Notes: generated from the letters alone by a model not told the origin. Positions 18,463 through 28,820 are shown, numbered from the stretch's first letter. The stretch is 64,000 bases of DNA from Nanobdellota archaeon (GCA_018816245.1 JAHIVW010000002.1:18314-82313), one strand, 5' to 3'. A program made the numbers and translations.

Positions 18463-19696
18463 TCGTCGAGCCATCTTTCAGCGAAGTAGCGTTGTAGCCG
18501 TCCTTTTGAAGCTCAGCGGCGAATCCTTCAGCATTCGCAGAGTGACCGACGATGATTTTCTTTGGTCGCATCCTTTCAAAGAATGCGAGCAGTTCCGCTC
18601 GGTCGCAATGTGCAGAAAAATCCATGAATTGAACGTCACACTTCGGTTTCACATCAATACCCTCGTTGACGTAGCGTCCGGTTTCGAGGAGCACATGTCC
18701 GGGGGTAGCTTCAACTTGGAAGCCGTTGAGAATGACCGCGTTCTTTTCGTGTTTGTGAAGATGCTTCATGTAGTAATGAGACGGTCCGCCTTGCATCATA
18801 CCTGAGGTGCTCAGGATGACACCTGGTTCCCGGAGCGCATGCCGCCGCTGTCGCGGCTCCTCGATGATGCGCGCACGGGAGAACGCCTTGCGAAGATGCT
18901 TTCTGTCCTTTATTGCTTCGGGGTGGTCCATGATGATTCGTGAAGCAGTAATTCCCATTCCATCAATCGTCACCGGGATCTGTAATCGGTCAAGCTGCAG
19001 GAGCAGTTCCTGCGTCCGGCCGACAGCAAAACAGGGAATAAGGGCAATCCCTCCTTTGGCGATGATGTCCGTGACATACTCCCGGAGTTCGTTTCCAAGC
19101 TGTTCCCGTGGCGGATGATTCTTGTAGCTGTAGGTTGCTTCGGTAATGAGGATATCAAGGTCGGTTTTCGGAATCGCTGCACCGGCGAGGAGCCCCGTTT
19201 CCGAGAATTTGATGTCACCTGTGTACATGATTCTCCTGTCTTCTGTTTCCAACAAGGTTGCTGAACTCCCCGGGATGTGGCCGGCATCGAAAAGGGTAAG
19301 TTTCCCATGAGGAACATTCATTGATTTTTCATAATGGAGCTGGGTATAGGAATGCAACAACTGATCAATATCGTGACGTAAGAATTGCGGTGTTAACCCC
19401 CGACGATCCTGAACTTTCAAAGAATCAATGAGGAGGAGCTCAGCAAGGTCACCTGTTGCTGGTGTCAAGAAAGTCTTGCCGCGAAATCCCCGATGATAGA
19501 GGAGCGGGATCATTCCACAATGATCGAGATGCGCATGGCTCAACATAATACCGTCGATATCCCCAACAGGGAGCGGCCCTTCCATAGTTTTGACGTCAAG
19601 ACCGTAATCAAAAACAAACCGTGCTTTGTCTGTGTCGAGAAGAATACCCATTTTTCCAATTTCAGAGAATCCGCCGAGTGCGGTGATCGAAACCAT
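18452..19696 (-). CDS. MBL-fold beta-CASP ribonuclease (aCPSF2-like, no KH domains)
   Basis: LGGFSEIG, SHAHLDH, AGHIPGS, YTGD, FAVGRTQE, FSAHCD, GH. Confidence 0.9.
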   Translation of the reverse strand: MVSITALGGFSEIGKMGILLDTDKARFVFDYGLDVKTMEGPLPVGDIDGIMLSHAHLDHCGMIPLLYHRGFRGKTFLTPATGDLAELLLIDSLKVQDRRGLTPQFLRHDIDQLLHSYTQLHYEKSMNVPHGKLTLFDAGHIPGSSATLLETEDRRIMYTGDIKFSETGLLAGAAIPKTDLDILITEATYSYKNHPPREQLGNELREYVTDIIAKGGIALIPCFAVGRTQELLLQLDRLQIPVTIDGMGITASRIIMDHPEAIKDRKHLRKAFSRARIIEEPRQRRHALREPGVILSTSGMMQGGPSHYYMKHLHKHEKNAVILNGFQVEATPGHVLLETGRYVNEGIDVKPKCDVQFMDFSAHCDRAELLAFFERMRPKKIIVGHSANAEGFAAELQKDGYNATSLKDGSTITV

Positions 19697-19718
19697 AGGC
19701 TGATTGGTGACACCTGCT

Positions 19719-20021
19719 TTATAAGCGGGTCTGCGCTTGCTGCTTCTGGCGAAGTTGTGCTGCTTCCTCTGGCTTCAGTTTCAGGAGCTCTTTGATTTCT
19801 TCAAGAGTAATCTCTGTTTCCTTGGAGAGTCGTGCCCGCTCGATGCGGTTCAGATGTGATTCTTCAAGTGTCACAAGGTTTGTTGAAATCCCGTCGAGCC
19901 GCTTCAGTACCATCTGGCGGAGTGGCTGTTTCTTCATCAAAGCCTTTTCCCGTGCACGATCCCATTTCCTGCGAAGTTTGCGGATCTTTCGGTTCCACCC
20001 GAAAAGAAAATCAAGGATCAT
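19719..20021 (-). CDS. Small basic helical hypothetical protein
   Basis: RKIRKLRRKWDRAREK; co-oriented downstream of the mevalonate genes. Confidence 0.65.
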   Translation of the reverse strand: MILDFLFGWNRKIRKLRRKWDRAREKALMKKQPLRQMVLKRLDGISTNLVTLEESHLNRIERARLSKETEITLEEIKELLKLKPEEAAQLRQKQQAQTRL

Positions 20022-20051
20022 AGAGATTCTTTCGATCAGGATCCATAAATG

Positions 20052-20459
20052 TTACTGATCGAGGAGCTCCCATTTCATGCCGTATTGGAGGAGCCCGTCT
20101 TTGCCGTCGGTATACATCCTTCTGAACGTTGTCTTGACCTTCCTCCCTGTTTTGACTTGTTCCGGATCACCAACCACCTGTCCAGCGACGGTGACACCAG
20201 GCTCCAGTTCGATGATTGCAATGGCATAGGGAGCGAACTCAGCAAACCCCTCGGGAGCTATGCGGATGACCGTGTACGTCAGAATTTTTCCTGTCCCGGG
20301 AAACTTGTGCTTCTCGATCTTCCCTTTGTCCCGGCACGTCTGACATAATGACCGTGGCGGGAAGTAGCTTGTATTGCACTTCGTGCAAATGGTTCCAATT
20401 AACCGATACCTCGGTTGCTGCAACCGCCATGCAATGGGAACCGATGACATCTGCGGCAT
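20052..20459 (-). CDS. DUF35 Zn-ribbon/OB-fold scaffold of the thiolase-HMGS complex
   Basis: YRLIGTICTKC..FPPRSLCQTC, GKILTYTVI, APY.IAIIEL, FRR..GLLQYG; adjacent to thiolase. Confidence 0.92.
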   Translation of the reverse strand: MPQMSSVPIAWRLQQPRYRLIGTICTKCNTSYFPPRSLCQTCRDKGKIEKHKFPGTGKILTYTVIRIAPEGFAEFAPYAIAIIELEPGVTVAGQVVGDPEQVKTGRKVKTTFRRMYTDGKDGLLQYGMKWELLDQ

Positions 20460-20460
20460 A

Positions 20461-21627
20461 TTACAATGCATTCTGGTTCGCAAGGATGTGTGTGACACCG
20501 GTTGCACCAGATCCTCCAATATTCAATGCAAGGCCAATCTTTGCGTCGTTCACCTGCAGCTTCCCTGCTTTCCCGCGAAGCTGCGTGACGAGGTCCGCAA
20601 GTTGACGAATGCCTGTTGCTCCAACCGGGTGGCCAATGGATTTCAAGCCACCCATGGTATTGATCGGTCGTTCACCGTCACGGGCAATCTTCCCAGCTTC
20701 AACGAACTTCCCGCCTTCACCTTTTTTACAAAAACCAAGATCTTCAATGGCGATGATTTCGTTGATGCTGAAGCAATCATGGACTTCTACAAGATCAACC
20801 TGTTCAGGACGGATGCCCGCTTGTTTATAGGCAACTCTGCTCGATACTATGGTCGCCTGAAGTTCAGTGAAACTCTTCCGATCGTGGAGCGCGATCGTAT
20901 CAGACGCCTGGCCACTGCCGATAACCCAGATCGGGTTTTCGAATCGCTTGGCCGCTTCCTCACTGGCAAGGACAACAGTTGCCGCGCCGTCAGTGATAGG
21001 CGAACAATCGAGGAGCCGAAGCGGATCTGCAATCAGAGGTGACTTCAGAACCTGCTCAACAGTGATCTCAAACGGATATTGTGCATTGGGATTGTGTACC
21101 CCGTTCTTGTGGTTGTTCACGGACACCAGTGCCAGCTGTTCTGATGTTGTTCCGTACTGCTGCATATGCGCACGTGTGATCAGTGCATACAAGCCAGTGA
21201 ACGTAAGACCAATCTGACTTTCCCACTCCTGATCTGCGGCACCCATCAGTGATGCAACAGCACTGTCGCCACCAACATCAGTCATCTTCTCAACACCACC
21301 GGCGACAACAATATCGTGCTGCCCGGACTGGATTGCCATCAGCGCCTTCCGGAAGGCGAGCGCGCCGCTTGCACATGCTGCTTCAATGCGCGTGGAGGGA
21401 ATAGGAGTAAGCCCCATCCGGTCAGCGGCAAGCGCAGAAAGGTGTTCTTGGCCGATGAACCGACCGGCTGTCATGTTGCCGACAAACAAGGCTTCGATGT
21501 CTTTTCCTTCGACCTGTGCATCAGCAAGCGCCCGCATGCCGGCTTCCTGGGCGAGCCGACGCAGCGACTTGTCCCAACATTCACCAAACTTGGTGTAGCC
21601 GGCGCCAACAATGGCAACACGTCTCAT
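20461..21627 (-). CDS. Acetoacetyl-CoA thiolase (archaeal type)
   Basis: EAACASG, GGVEKM, CSPITDGA, EVHDCF, GHPVGATG, NIGG. Confidence 0.93.
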   Translation of the reverse strand: MRRVAIVGAGYTKFGECWDKSLRRLAQEAGMRALADAQVEGKDIEALFVGNMTAGRFIGQEHLSALAADRMGLTPIPSTRIEAACASGALAFRKALMAIQSGQHDIVVAGGVEKMTDVGGDSAVASLMGAADQEWESQIGLTFTGLYALITRAHMQQYGTTSEQLALVSVNNHKNGVHNPNAQYPFEITVEQVLKSPLIADPLRLLDCSPITDGAATVVLASEEAAKRFENPIWVIGSGQASDTIALHDRKSFTELQATIVSSRVAYKQAGIRPEQVDLVEVHDCFSINEIIAIEDLGFCKKGEGGKFVEAGKIARDGERPINTMGGLKSIGHPVGATGIRQLADLVTQLRGKAGKLQVNDAKIGLALNIGGSGATGVTHILANQNAL

Positions 21628-22664
21628 ACTTTCAACTTCCCCCGCAATCGTGCGTAGGTTGCGTAATCAATATTTTTTTTGTCAGCAAGGTACTGCTCTG
21701 TTTTCTTCGCCTTGTCGCGAACGGCAAGGATCTTGTCCGTGACGGTAAAAATGAAGGAATCGCTTCCTGCACCCGAACCATATGACGTCATAAATATTTT
21801 TTCTCCTGGCTGTGCGATATCAAGGACAGCGGTTAAGCCAACAGGACTCGATCCAGAGTAACAATTTCCCATTCGCGTGACTGTCAAGCCGGTTTTCAGT
21901 TGGTCTGGTGTGAAACCAAGCTTCTTTGACGCAACCGTCGGAAACTTCCCGTTCGGCATGTGCAGCACAACATATGCAAAGTCAGCTGGCTTGTAGCCCG
22001 TTTCATTCAGCAGTTGCTCGCTCGAAGAGACCACGTGCCTGAAGTAGGCTGGTTCTCCGGTAAACCGTGAACCGTGCCGTGGATAGTCTTGGCCTTCCCG
22101 GCGCCAGAAGTCAGTGGTGTCACTGGTGAAGGAAGCAGTGTGATCCAGTGTGACAACAGGATCCTTACCAATAATAAATGCGCCAGCACCGGCAGCAGCA
22201 GTGTATTCCAATGCATCACCAGGACGGCCTTGAGCTGTGTCAGCACCGATCGCCATGCCGTAGTCGATCACCCCGCCTTTGACAAAACCGTAACACACTT
22301 GCATGGCAGCTGTCCCTGCTTTACAGGCGAATTCAAAGTCCGCAAGCATCAATCGGTTCGGCAGGCCAAGAGCCTCAGCAACGACCGTGCCGGACGGCTT
22401 CACGGCATATGGATGGCTTTCTGAACCGATGTAAAGGGCGCCAATCTCTGTAGGATCAATACCAGCGCGCGCCAGTGCATTGCGACCTGCCTCGACACTC
22501 AAGGTGATAGTGTCCTCGTCCTTGTCAGGGACGGATTTTTCCTTGACCATGAGACCATTGGAAATTGTTTGTGCGTCCTGGTTCCAGACCCGGGCGATTT
22601 CCTCGACCGAGATTCTGAAGCGAGGAACATAGGCTCCGTATCCGACAATTCCAATACTTGACAT
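21624..22664 (-). CDS. Hydroxymethylglutaryl-CoA synthase
   Basis: DEDTIT, GSESHPYAVKP, EFACKAGT, HMPNGKFP, GNCYSGS, SYGSGAG. Confidence 0.96.
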   Translation of the reverse strand: MSSIGIVGYGAYVPRFRISVEEIARVWNQDAQTISNGLMVKEKSVPDKDEDTITLSVEAGRNALARAGIDPTEIGALYIGSESHPYAVKPSGTVVAEALGLPNRLMLADFEFACKAGTAAMQVCYGFVKGGVIDYGMAIGADTAQGRPGDALEYTAAAGAGAFIIGKDPVVTLDHTASFTSDTTDFWRREGQDYPRHGSRFTGEPAYFRHVVSSSEQLLNETGYKPADFAYVVLHMPNGKFPTVASKKLGFTPDQLKTGLTVTRMGNCYSGSSPVGLTAVLDIAQPGEKIFMTSYGSGAGSDSFIFTVTDKILAVRDKAKKTEQYLADKKNIDYATYARLRGKLKV

Positions 22665-22755
22665 GCAATCACATCGGCAATCAGCGTCAGCGGCGTAGAC
22701 CTACTACTGGATCTACCTTTTTTAAGGATATCATTGTGAGTTCGACAGATCGTTG

Positions 22756-22770
22756 TATAACAGTGTTATC
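22756..22770. repeat. Dispersed palindrome copy 3; left copy of the 14-bp direct repeat TATAACAGTGTTAT
   Basis: 22756-22769 is identical to 25448-25461. Confidence 0.8.
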
Positions 22771-22919
22771 CGACGAATATGACCTTTTATACTTTCGGTT
22801 TCCAGAAATCATCCCTGACCACTACTCTACAAGTACACAAGATCCAAAAGATCTTAGAGTTAAGAAGTACGCAGGAGTAGTGTGATAAATTCTGGGTTCT
22901 TGACGGAAAGGAGAATGTC

Positions 22920-24626
22920 ATGAGGAACCCGATAATTGTCTTTTGCCTTTGTCTCGCGATCATGATCGCATGTGGGGTCGTGATCCTTTCACTCGGAAAC
23001 GCAGATCCACGTCCGGCTGCGATTCCAGTCCAACCTAGCACAGCCCCAGAACTGGCGGTGCCGACTCCTGCTGTCCACGAGGTCGTCGGTCCCAGTGGTC
23101 TGGAGCTGCGCTTCTCGTATCGGGGCGAGCCGCTCCCGGACGTCAAGGCGACGGTCCTTGGTGACAAGGAGCAGGCATTGACGTCGAACGCTGATGGTGT
23201 GGCGTGCGTCGAACTCGATCCTGGAACTTACCAGTGGCGGCTGGACTCGGATCTCCCAATTTCAATGAAGCCGCAGGATACGAAGACTGAGACCGAGACG
23301 GGTATCGTCAACGTGTCCGCACCATTTACCATCGAGGAGGGCAAGACCACCATCATTGAGCTCGAACAGAGTTCAACGAGGGTCTTCGGGAGAGTTCTCG
23401 CGCCGGATGGGTCGCCGGCCTCTGATGCGACCCTCAGGCTCTCGAACCAGATCGTGGACGTCGTATCGGACAACAACTTCAACGATCGGTTGAAGCTCGA
23501 ACGGCAAGAAGAGCAGACCGATGCTGATGGTCGGTTCTGTTTCGAGGACGTCTTGCCGAGCAAGCCGTGGACATTCCAAGGTCAAGACCGTCTGACCCAG
23601 AAGAAGATCTGGATCAGGTGGACGAAGAGGAATGATGTCTACTTCACGACAGCGATCTTCACCATCAACAACGGCGAGCAGAAGAACCTCGGCGACATCA
23701 CGTTCATTGAGCGACACCAGCTCACGGTGCATGTCCCACTCACGGACGTTGCCGGGAACCCGCTTCGGTTGGACGATGTCTTTATCGAACCGTCGGAAGA
23801 GGAACAGCCGATGGAGGTGATGCTCACCGTCTACGACAAGATCCCGTTTGACGGTTCGTCTGACCTGAAGCATCAAGTGAGGGATACGTTCCAAATCCCA
23901 TTCGGCGGGGAGATTGTTCTTAACAATCTCCCGGGAGGACCGTATGAACTCATGATCGAGCAAGGGACGAAATGGTGGCCGTCCTTGAAGGAGGGGTGGC
24001 GCCTCACTGACAACATTGCTCTGGGGGAAGCATACATCCCCTCTGACACGGTTGTAACCATGCCACTTGTTGTGGAGCATGGTGTGCTGTTGCGGGTCAT
24101 TGTTCCGACAGAAGGGAAGGTCACCGGTCCGTTAACTGTGTACCTACAACCAGACGGAGGAACCGTGTCGCAGAAGCAATCAGTGCAGGGGATGTATATC
24201 AACAAGGAGCCGGCCGGCATCACCGACTTCTTGACTCCTCCGGGGAACTACACTTTGTATGTCACCAACAACTATATCAAGGCTCCCCAAGATGCACTGA
24301 GCTTCTGGTCCACAACGAATGTCACGCTCCCCGAAGGCGGCACCACGGTTACCGTTCCGCTTGATACTGGTTCTTCGATTCAAGGAATCTATCTAACTCG
24401 GAACAACATGCCGTTCAAGAAGGAGTTCATCAAGTTCACGGACGAGTCCGGAACGTTCATGTTCAGCACGTTTACCGACGAGACGGGGAAGTTTGTATTG
24501 AACGGCGTCCCGCCGGGCTGGACGTTACTCGCGTTCAGCAAGCTTCCGGTCACCGTCGGTAGTAATATCACTATCCGCAAGGATGGGTTCCGTCAGTACA
24601 CTCTTCTCGGGAGACCAAAGCGATGA
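22920..24626 (+). CDS. Membrane-anchored/secreted protein with carboxypeptidase-regulatory-like (prealbumin-fold) repeats
   Basis: N-terminal hydrophobic helix; TSNADG, GRVLAPDGSPA..TDADGRF, TDETGKFVLNGVPPG; AAGGAG SD. Confidence 0.75.
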   Translation: MRNPIIVFCLCLAIMIACGVVILSLGNADPRPAAIPVQPSTAPELAVPTPAVHEVVGPSGLELRFSYRGEPLPDVKATVLGDKEQALTSNADGVACVELDPGTYQWRLDSDLPISMKPQDTKTETETGIVNVSAPFTIEEGKTTIIELEQSSTRVFGRVLAPDGSPASDATLRLSNQIVDVVSDNNFNDRLKLERQEEQTDADGRFCFEDVLPSKPWTFQGQDRLTQKKIWIRWTKRNDVYFTTAIFTINNGEQKNLGDITFIERHQLTVHVPLTDVAGNPLRLDDVFIEPSEEEQPMEVMLTVYDKIPFDGSSDLKHQVRDTFQIPFGGEIVLNNLPGGPYELMIEQGTKWWPSLKEGWRLTDNIALGEAYIPSDTVVTMPLVVEHGVLLRVIVPTEGKVTGPLTVYLQPDGGTVSQKQSVQGMYINKEPAGITDFLTPPGNYTLYVTNNYIKAPQDALSFWSTTNVTLPEGGTTVTVPLDTGSSIQGIYLTRNNMPFKKEFIKFTDESGTFMFSTFTDETGKFVLNGVPPGWTLLAFSKLPVTVGSNITIRKDGFRQYTLLGRPKR

Positions 24627-25381
24627 AGAAATTCCTGATAGTCTCATTGATCGTGGCCTTTGCCGCGGTCTTTACCACCCCACTGGCCACTGCCGGCTGG
24701 CGATGCACGGAAGCGATCGGCATCGGTCAGATCGCTGTCGACGCTGACCGGAGCAGTGCTCCTCCGTTCGGCGGCTGGGCGCAAGCCAGGCTCACTGCAG
24801 CAGGCAAGGTCATCAAAGGGAGCGGGCATGCCTACGAGTATGCCCTCCTCGTTGGGCCCATCAAGGCGAATGTTGCTGCAATGGGCTTCTACCACGAGAT
24901 CTGGGAATGGACACCAGAGCCGGGAATAGACTCATACGCGGAGTTCCGCCTTGAATCGACGTTTGAGGCGAAAGGGCATCTCGTCTCAGCTGATTCCAGT
25001 CTCTATGCCTGGGGAGAAGCAGAATGCTTCGTACGCTGCAATGACACTTACAGAGTGTTCACGCACGTCAACATGAACGGCTCCACTAATTCAGGCGGAA
25101 TCTGGGTAAGCGGTAGCGTTCCTGGGGGAGTCAGTCTCGGCGGTCCTGTTGCCGGCCTCGGCGGCGGGGCTGGGCCAGTGCCAGAGCCAGATGACATTGC
25201 AATGGACCAGGGGGATGTCTGCGGGGCATCTTCCTTCTTCCAGTCCAACAAGACCAGAGGGAAGATCACCGTGACAGCTGACGGTGGCATGGGCGGTGCT
25301 GCTGAATGCTACATCTCCAAGTATGATGGGCAGGCAGACCTCACCGTGAAGAGCTTGGGTGGGATTCCCAACTGCGAATAG
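24623..25381 (+). CDS. Secreted hypothetical protein
   Basis: Signal peptide MKKFLIVSLIVAFAAVFTTPLATA; ATGA overlap; Gly-rich segment. Confidence 0.7.
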   Translation: MKKFLIVSLIVAFAAVFTTPLATAGWRCTEAIGIGQIAVDADRSSAPPFGGWAQARLTAAGKVIKGSGHAYEYALLVGPIKANVAAMGFYHEIWEWTPEPGIDSYAEFRLESTFEAKGHLVSADSSLYAWGEAECFVRCNDTYRVFTHVNMNGSTNSGGIWVSGSVPGGVSLGGPVAGLGGGAGPVPEPDDIAMDQGDVCGASSFFQSNKTRGKITVTADGGMGGAAECYISKYDGQADLTVKSLGGIPNCE

Positions 25382-25400
25382 CCTTCCGGCGCCCCGTTTG

Positions 25401-25442
25401 AATAGGCGGTCCCCTCTTTTGAGAAGGACCGCCTGTTCTTTC
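25401..25442 (+). terminator. Bacterial-style intrinsic terminator
   Basis: AATAGGCGGTCC..GGACCGCCTGTT 12-bp stem followed by CTTTT. Confidence 0.7.
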
Positions 25443-25447
25443 CTTAA

Positions 25448-25462
25448 TATAACAGTGTTATT
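25448..25462. repeat. Dispersed palindrome copy 4; right copy of the 14-bp direct repeat
   Basis: TATAACAGTGTTATT between convergent genes; contains the stop codon of the 25458 gene. Confidence 0.8.
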
Positions 25463-28400
25463 TATATCCATCAACGCGCCCTGCGAAAAAGCTCCCTTGA
25501 ATCGAGAATGGTGAAGATGTAAGGACAGAAGAAACTCCTTCTCCATCGCTCGCACGGCAGCGCACCTGAACTCCCCGCTGGCTCGGGAGCGACGTAATAT
25601 CCCAGTGGACGTGCGGCTGGTTCGCCCCTGATCCCTGTTCATGACTTCCCAGCGGATACCACTGCTTCCCCACGCGGGTTTCTTCGGTGCCAAGAAGACT
25701 CTCAAGAACCCTAATCTCCCACACCTCAAGTTCCTCGGACATCGGCGATCCTGCACTCATGTCCGTTACGAAAAGGAGCACGTGTTGCACATCAACATCG
25801 GGAATATCAAACGTAGTGATTTGCGACCGAGGTGCTGACGGCACAACCTCAAGCCACGGTCCGTCAGTACTGTTCGCAACAGAAATGTTGTAGGTGTTTG
25901 TTCGTGAGTCGTTGTATACACTTTGAGAAAGTGCAGATATCCGGGAAACGGTTTCGAGATCCAATCGCACCCAGCCAACATGCTGGGAGCCGTCAACGGT
26001 CCAGTACTCGCTTCCAAGAGGTCGCGGATCAGTTCCTGATGTTGCAAAATCTCCAGACGCTCCGCCTGTCCCGGTCAAGGAAATCCAATCATGGGATATC
26101 ATATCGTCCCAGCAATGCTGTCCACCATTCCGACAAGTGCTCGCAATACCATTCTGGAACGTGTGGACAATCCTGAACGATTCCTCGTCAAGTGTCGTCT
26201 CAGTTGTTTGTGTATTCACATTTCCATAATACAGGTAGAATGACGTGCCTTCAGAATCAAGTGTTACAGCAACCACAGCCACGTTCCCGCGAAGATCGTA
26301 CGGCAATTCTCCTCCATCCTTGACAAAGCGGATATCCGACTTGTCAACATTTGCATGGAGAAGAAGGTCAGGATCATTCAGAGAAACACGAACCGTTGTG
26401 GTTCCTGACCCGTTCCCCTGGACCGTGACCTCTTTTCGGTACGAGAAATGGTCATCCCACCACGAACCACTATTTATTGGATCGGCAAAAAACCCCTCAA
26501 TCTCGTATGCAAGCTCGTCACCATCTGGGTCATCCGAACCATTGCACGCGAGCTCGATTGTGTTTTTGTAGACACCTCCACATGCCTGATTGTTACAATC
26601 GAGGGTCCTTGGTGTTGTTGGGGGGCTGTTCGTATAGACAAACCGGACAACAGCTGGGGAGGGCGCCCAGGCTTCATGGTTGTCCGGATCGTATGCCTGG
26701 CAATTCCAGACAATATCACAGATGCCCTCGGGTGCTGTTGCATGCTGCAGCACCGCTTCCTGTTGAGTCGTGTCGAGGGTAGCAAGCGCAACGTACGCTC
26801 CTGTCACGTTCGTGAAGAGCGTAATGTTCTTGAGTTGTTGTGCGTCATTCGCAGAGCATGAAAAAACGAGCTGCGATCCGTGGACGGTGTCTCCCGGACC
26901 GGGATCATCGAGCGTAACTGAGGGATAATTACCACAAACGTTCTCATCGTCGATATAGCCGTCGCAGTCATTATCCAGCCCGTCGCAGAGCTCGGTCGCC
27001 GGGGGAACGTATCCTGAACCACCACACGTTCCCCAGACGCCATTCGTGCAGGTTTGTGTCCCGGGGTGGCAGATCCCGATGTCAGAACCGCAACTCTGTG
27101 ATGCGAGATTATCGACGATGCCATCACAGTTATCATCAACGTTATTGCAGGTTTCTGGTTGCGTGTTTCCTACTGTTGAGCAGGAACTCCATTGCCCATT
27201 TATGCAGACCTGAACCCCTCCGGCACATAATCCTGTTCCACACCCTTCCGGTGGAATACCTTCGTCAATGCTGCCGTCAAGGTCATCATCAATGCCATTG
27301 CAGGTCTCTGGCTGCAGCGTTGAGCAGCCGCTGTTCTCAAGATCACAGACAGAACCGTACGGACAACAGTACGTGGATCCGTCTGGTTTGCAGCAAAGGA
27401 AGTTGTTTTCGTTTCCGGCGTTGCATTTCCAACATGTCCCACCACAAGTATAGGGATAGTCACCTCCACAGTTCGTACACGCGCCAGTTTGAGTATTGCA
27501 ATATGGGCCGTTATTCGGACAACACCACTGTGGTTGGACGCCCGCCTGCGGGCAGCACAGCGTGTACATGTCATTGCCGCCGTTACACATCCAGCATGCT
27601 CCTTGGCACGAGTACGGGTAGTCCGGATTCGTGCAGCTTGCGGACCCGCCGCATTCCCCGTTGGAACAGCTGCCACTCGTGCACTGTTGTTTCAGCTGTT
27701 GCTGGTCGCTGCTCGCGCACGAGGCACTCTGCGTCCCGGGGTTGTTGCATGTATAGGTTCTCCAGACCTGCCAAACATCGTTCCCGTTACAGAACGGCGC
27801 ATTGACCCACCCATCCACGCCGCAATCTGTGTCCTGGTAACAGGCAACAGCGCCGTTGCATTGGTTTGTTGTCGGGTCGCACCCGTATTGGCACACCTCA
27901 ACGAGGGTATTATCAACATAGGGGATAGTGCTGTCGCAGAACGTGGTTGGATCAATGATACCAGGGACGTTTGTCGGACAGAAGAAATCAATGTAGTGGC
28001 GATGCTTCCAGCGCTGGTCACCATCACAGTAGTATTCCCACTGGCTGTTATAGTACCCGTCTTTTGCGTTGCAGTCTTCAAAACACGGATACCAAGCGCA
28101 TACGTCAGTCAAGCAAGAGCCGGAACACCATCCAACAAGGGCTGCCGCACACGTTGCGCAGCCGACGCATGCTGGAGAATAGAAGACAGTTGCACTTTCA
28201 AGGCAGGTTGTGCAGACCGGCCCGCAGATATCATTGTAGACTGAGTTCTGTTCAATGTTCCAGGCTGCACAGAGGTAGAAACATTCACCGCTGTCGCAAC
28301 CGGCGCCGCTCTTCCCGAAATCACCCCACGAATGGTGGACAGTCCGGTCTGAGAGGTTGAAGCTCATGCCGCCGGTCTTGGTGAAGAGGGTCAGCGAGTT

Positions 28401-28715
28401 CTCCTCTGAAAAATTCAAGAGAATTGTTCCGAATGGGGAGACACGTGCCGCAAAGATCTTGCCTGTTCCTTGTAACTGAAAAAGGGTAATTGTCCCGTTT
28501 GTTGTGGTGACCTCACGTGTTTCGCCGACGGTATACCCAAGTGACAGAGCGAATTCCAACTGTTCCGCAAGATCGTTATCTGTTGCGATTCGGAATGCTA
28601 TGTCTGATTGCGTTAACATTGTTTGTGAAATGATCATTGGAGGCGAGTATGTGACATTCTGGGCAGCAGCGATTGTGGGAAGCAAAAGCAAGCCGAGCAA
28701 CAACAACCATTTCAT
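25458..28715 (-). CDS. Large secreted Cys-rich protein with MopE-like metal-binding repeats, Ig-like, DUF2341-like and discoidin-like domains
   Basis: Signal peptide; 3x E.C(N/D)..D(D/N)..DG.(I/V)D; WWDDHFSYRKEVTV..SDIRFV..YLYYGN; GWVRLDL..YNISVA. Confidence 0.75.
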   Translation of the reverse strand: MKWLLLLGLLLLPTIAAAQNVTYSPPMIISQTMLTQSDIAFRIATDNDLAEQLEFALSLGYTVGETREVTTTNGTITLFQLQGTGKIFAARVSPFGTILLNFSEENSLTLFTKTGGMSFNLSDRTVHHSWGDFGKSGAGCDSGECFYLCAAWNIEQNSVYNDICGPVCTTCLESATVFYSPACVGCATCAAALVGWCSGSCLTDVCAWYPCFEDCNAKDGYYNSQWEYYCDGDQRWKHRHYIDFFCPTNVPGIIDPTTFCDSTIPYVDNTLVEVCQYGCDPTTNQCNGAVACYQDTDCGVDGWVNAPFCNGNDVWQVWRTYTCNNPGTQSASCASSDQQQLKQQCTSGSCSNGECGGSASCTNPDYPYSCQGACWMCNGGNDMYTLCCPQAGVQPQWCCPNNGPYCNTQTGACTNCGGDYPYTCGGTCWKCNAGNENNFLCCKPDGSTYCCPYGSVCDLENSGCSTLQPETCNGIDDDLDGSIDEGIPPEGCGTGLCAGGVQVCINGQWSSCSTVGNTQPETCNNVDDNCDGIVDNLASQSCGSDIGICHPGTQTCTNGVWGTCGGSGYVPPATELCDGLDNDCDGYIDDENVCGNYPSVTLDDPGPGDTVHGSQLVFSCSANDAQQLKNITLFTNVTGAYVALATLDTTQQEAVLQHATAPEGICDIVWNCQAYDPDNHEAWAPSPAVVRFVYTNSPPTTPRTLDCNNQACGGVYKNTIELACNGSDDPDGDELAYEIEGFFADPINSGSWWDDHFSYRKEVTVQGNGSGTTTVRVSLNDPDLLLHANVDKSDIRFVKDGGELPYDLRGNVAVVAVTLDSEGTSFYLYYGNVNTQTTETTLDEESFRIVHTFQNGIASTCRNGGQHCWDDMISHDWISLTGTGGASGDFATSGTDPRPLGSEYWTVDGSQHVGWVRLDLETVSRISALSQSVYNDSRTNTYNISVANSTDGPWLEVVPSAPRSQITTFDIPDVDVQHVLLFVTDMSAGSPMSEELEVWEIRVLESLLGTEETRVGKQWYPLGSHEQGSGANQPHVHWDITSLPSQRGVQVRCRASDGEGVSSVLTSSPFSIQGSFFAGRVDGYK

Positions 28716-28820
28716 TCTCCAGAACACACCGTGCCGTCAGAAATAGGGGCTGTTGTTCGTACAACAAACTGGAGAGGAAATCAACCATAGGTTTTTAGGA
28801 AGGGATTCAAAGAAGCTGTC

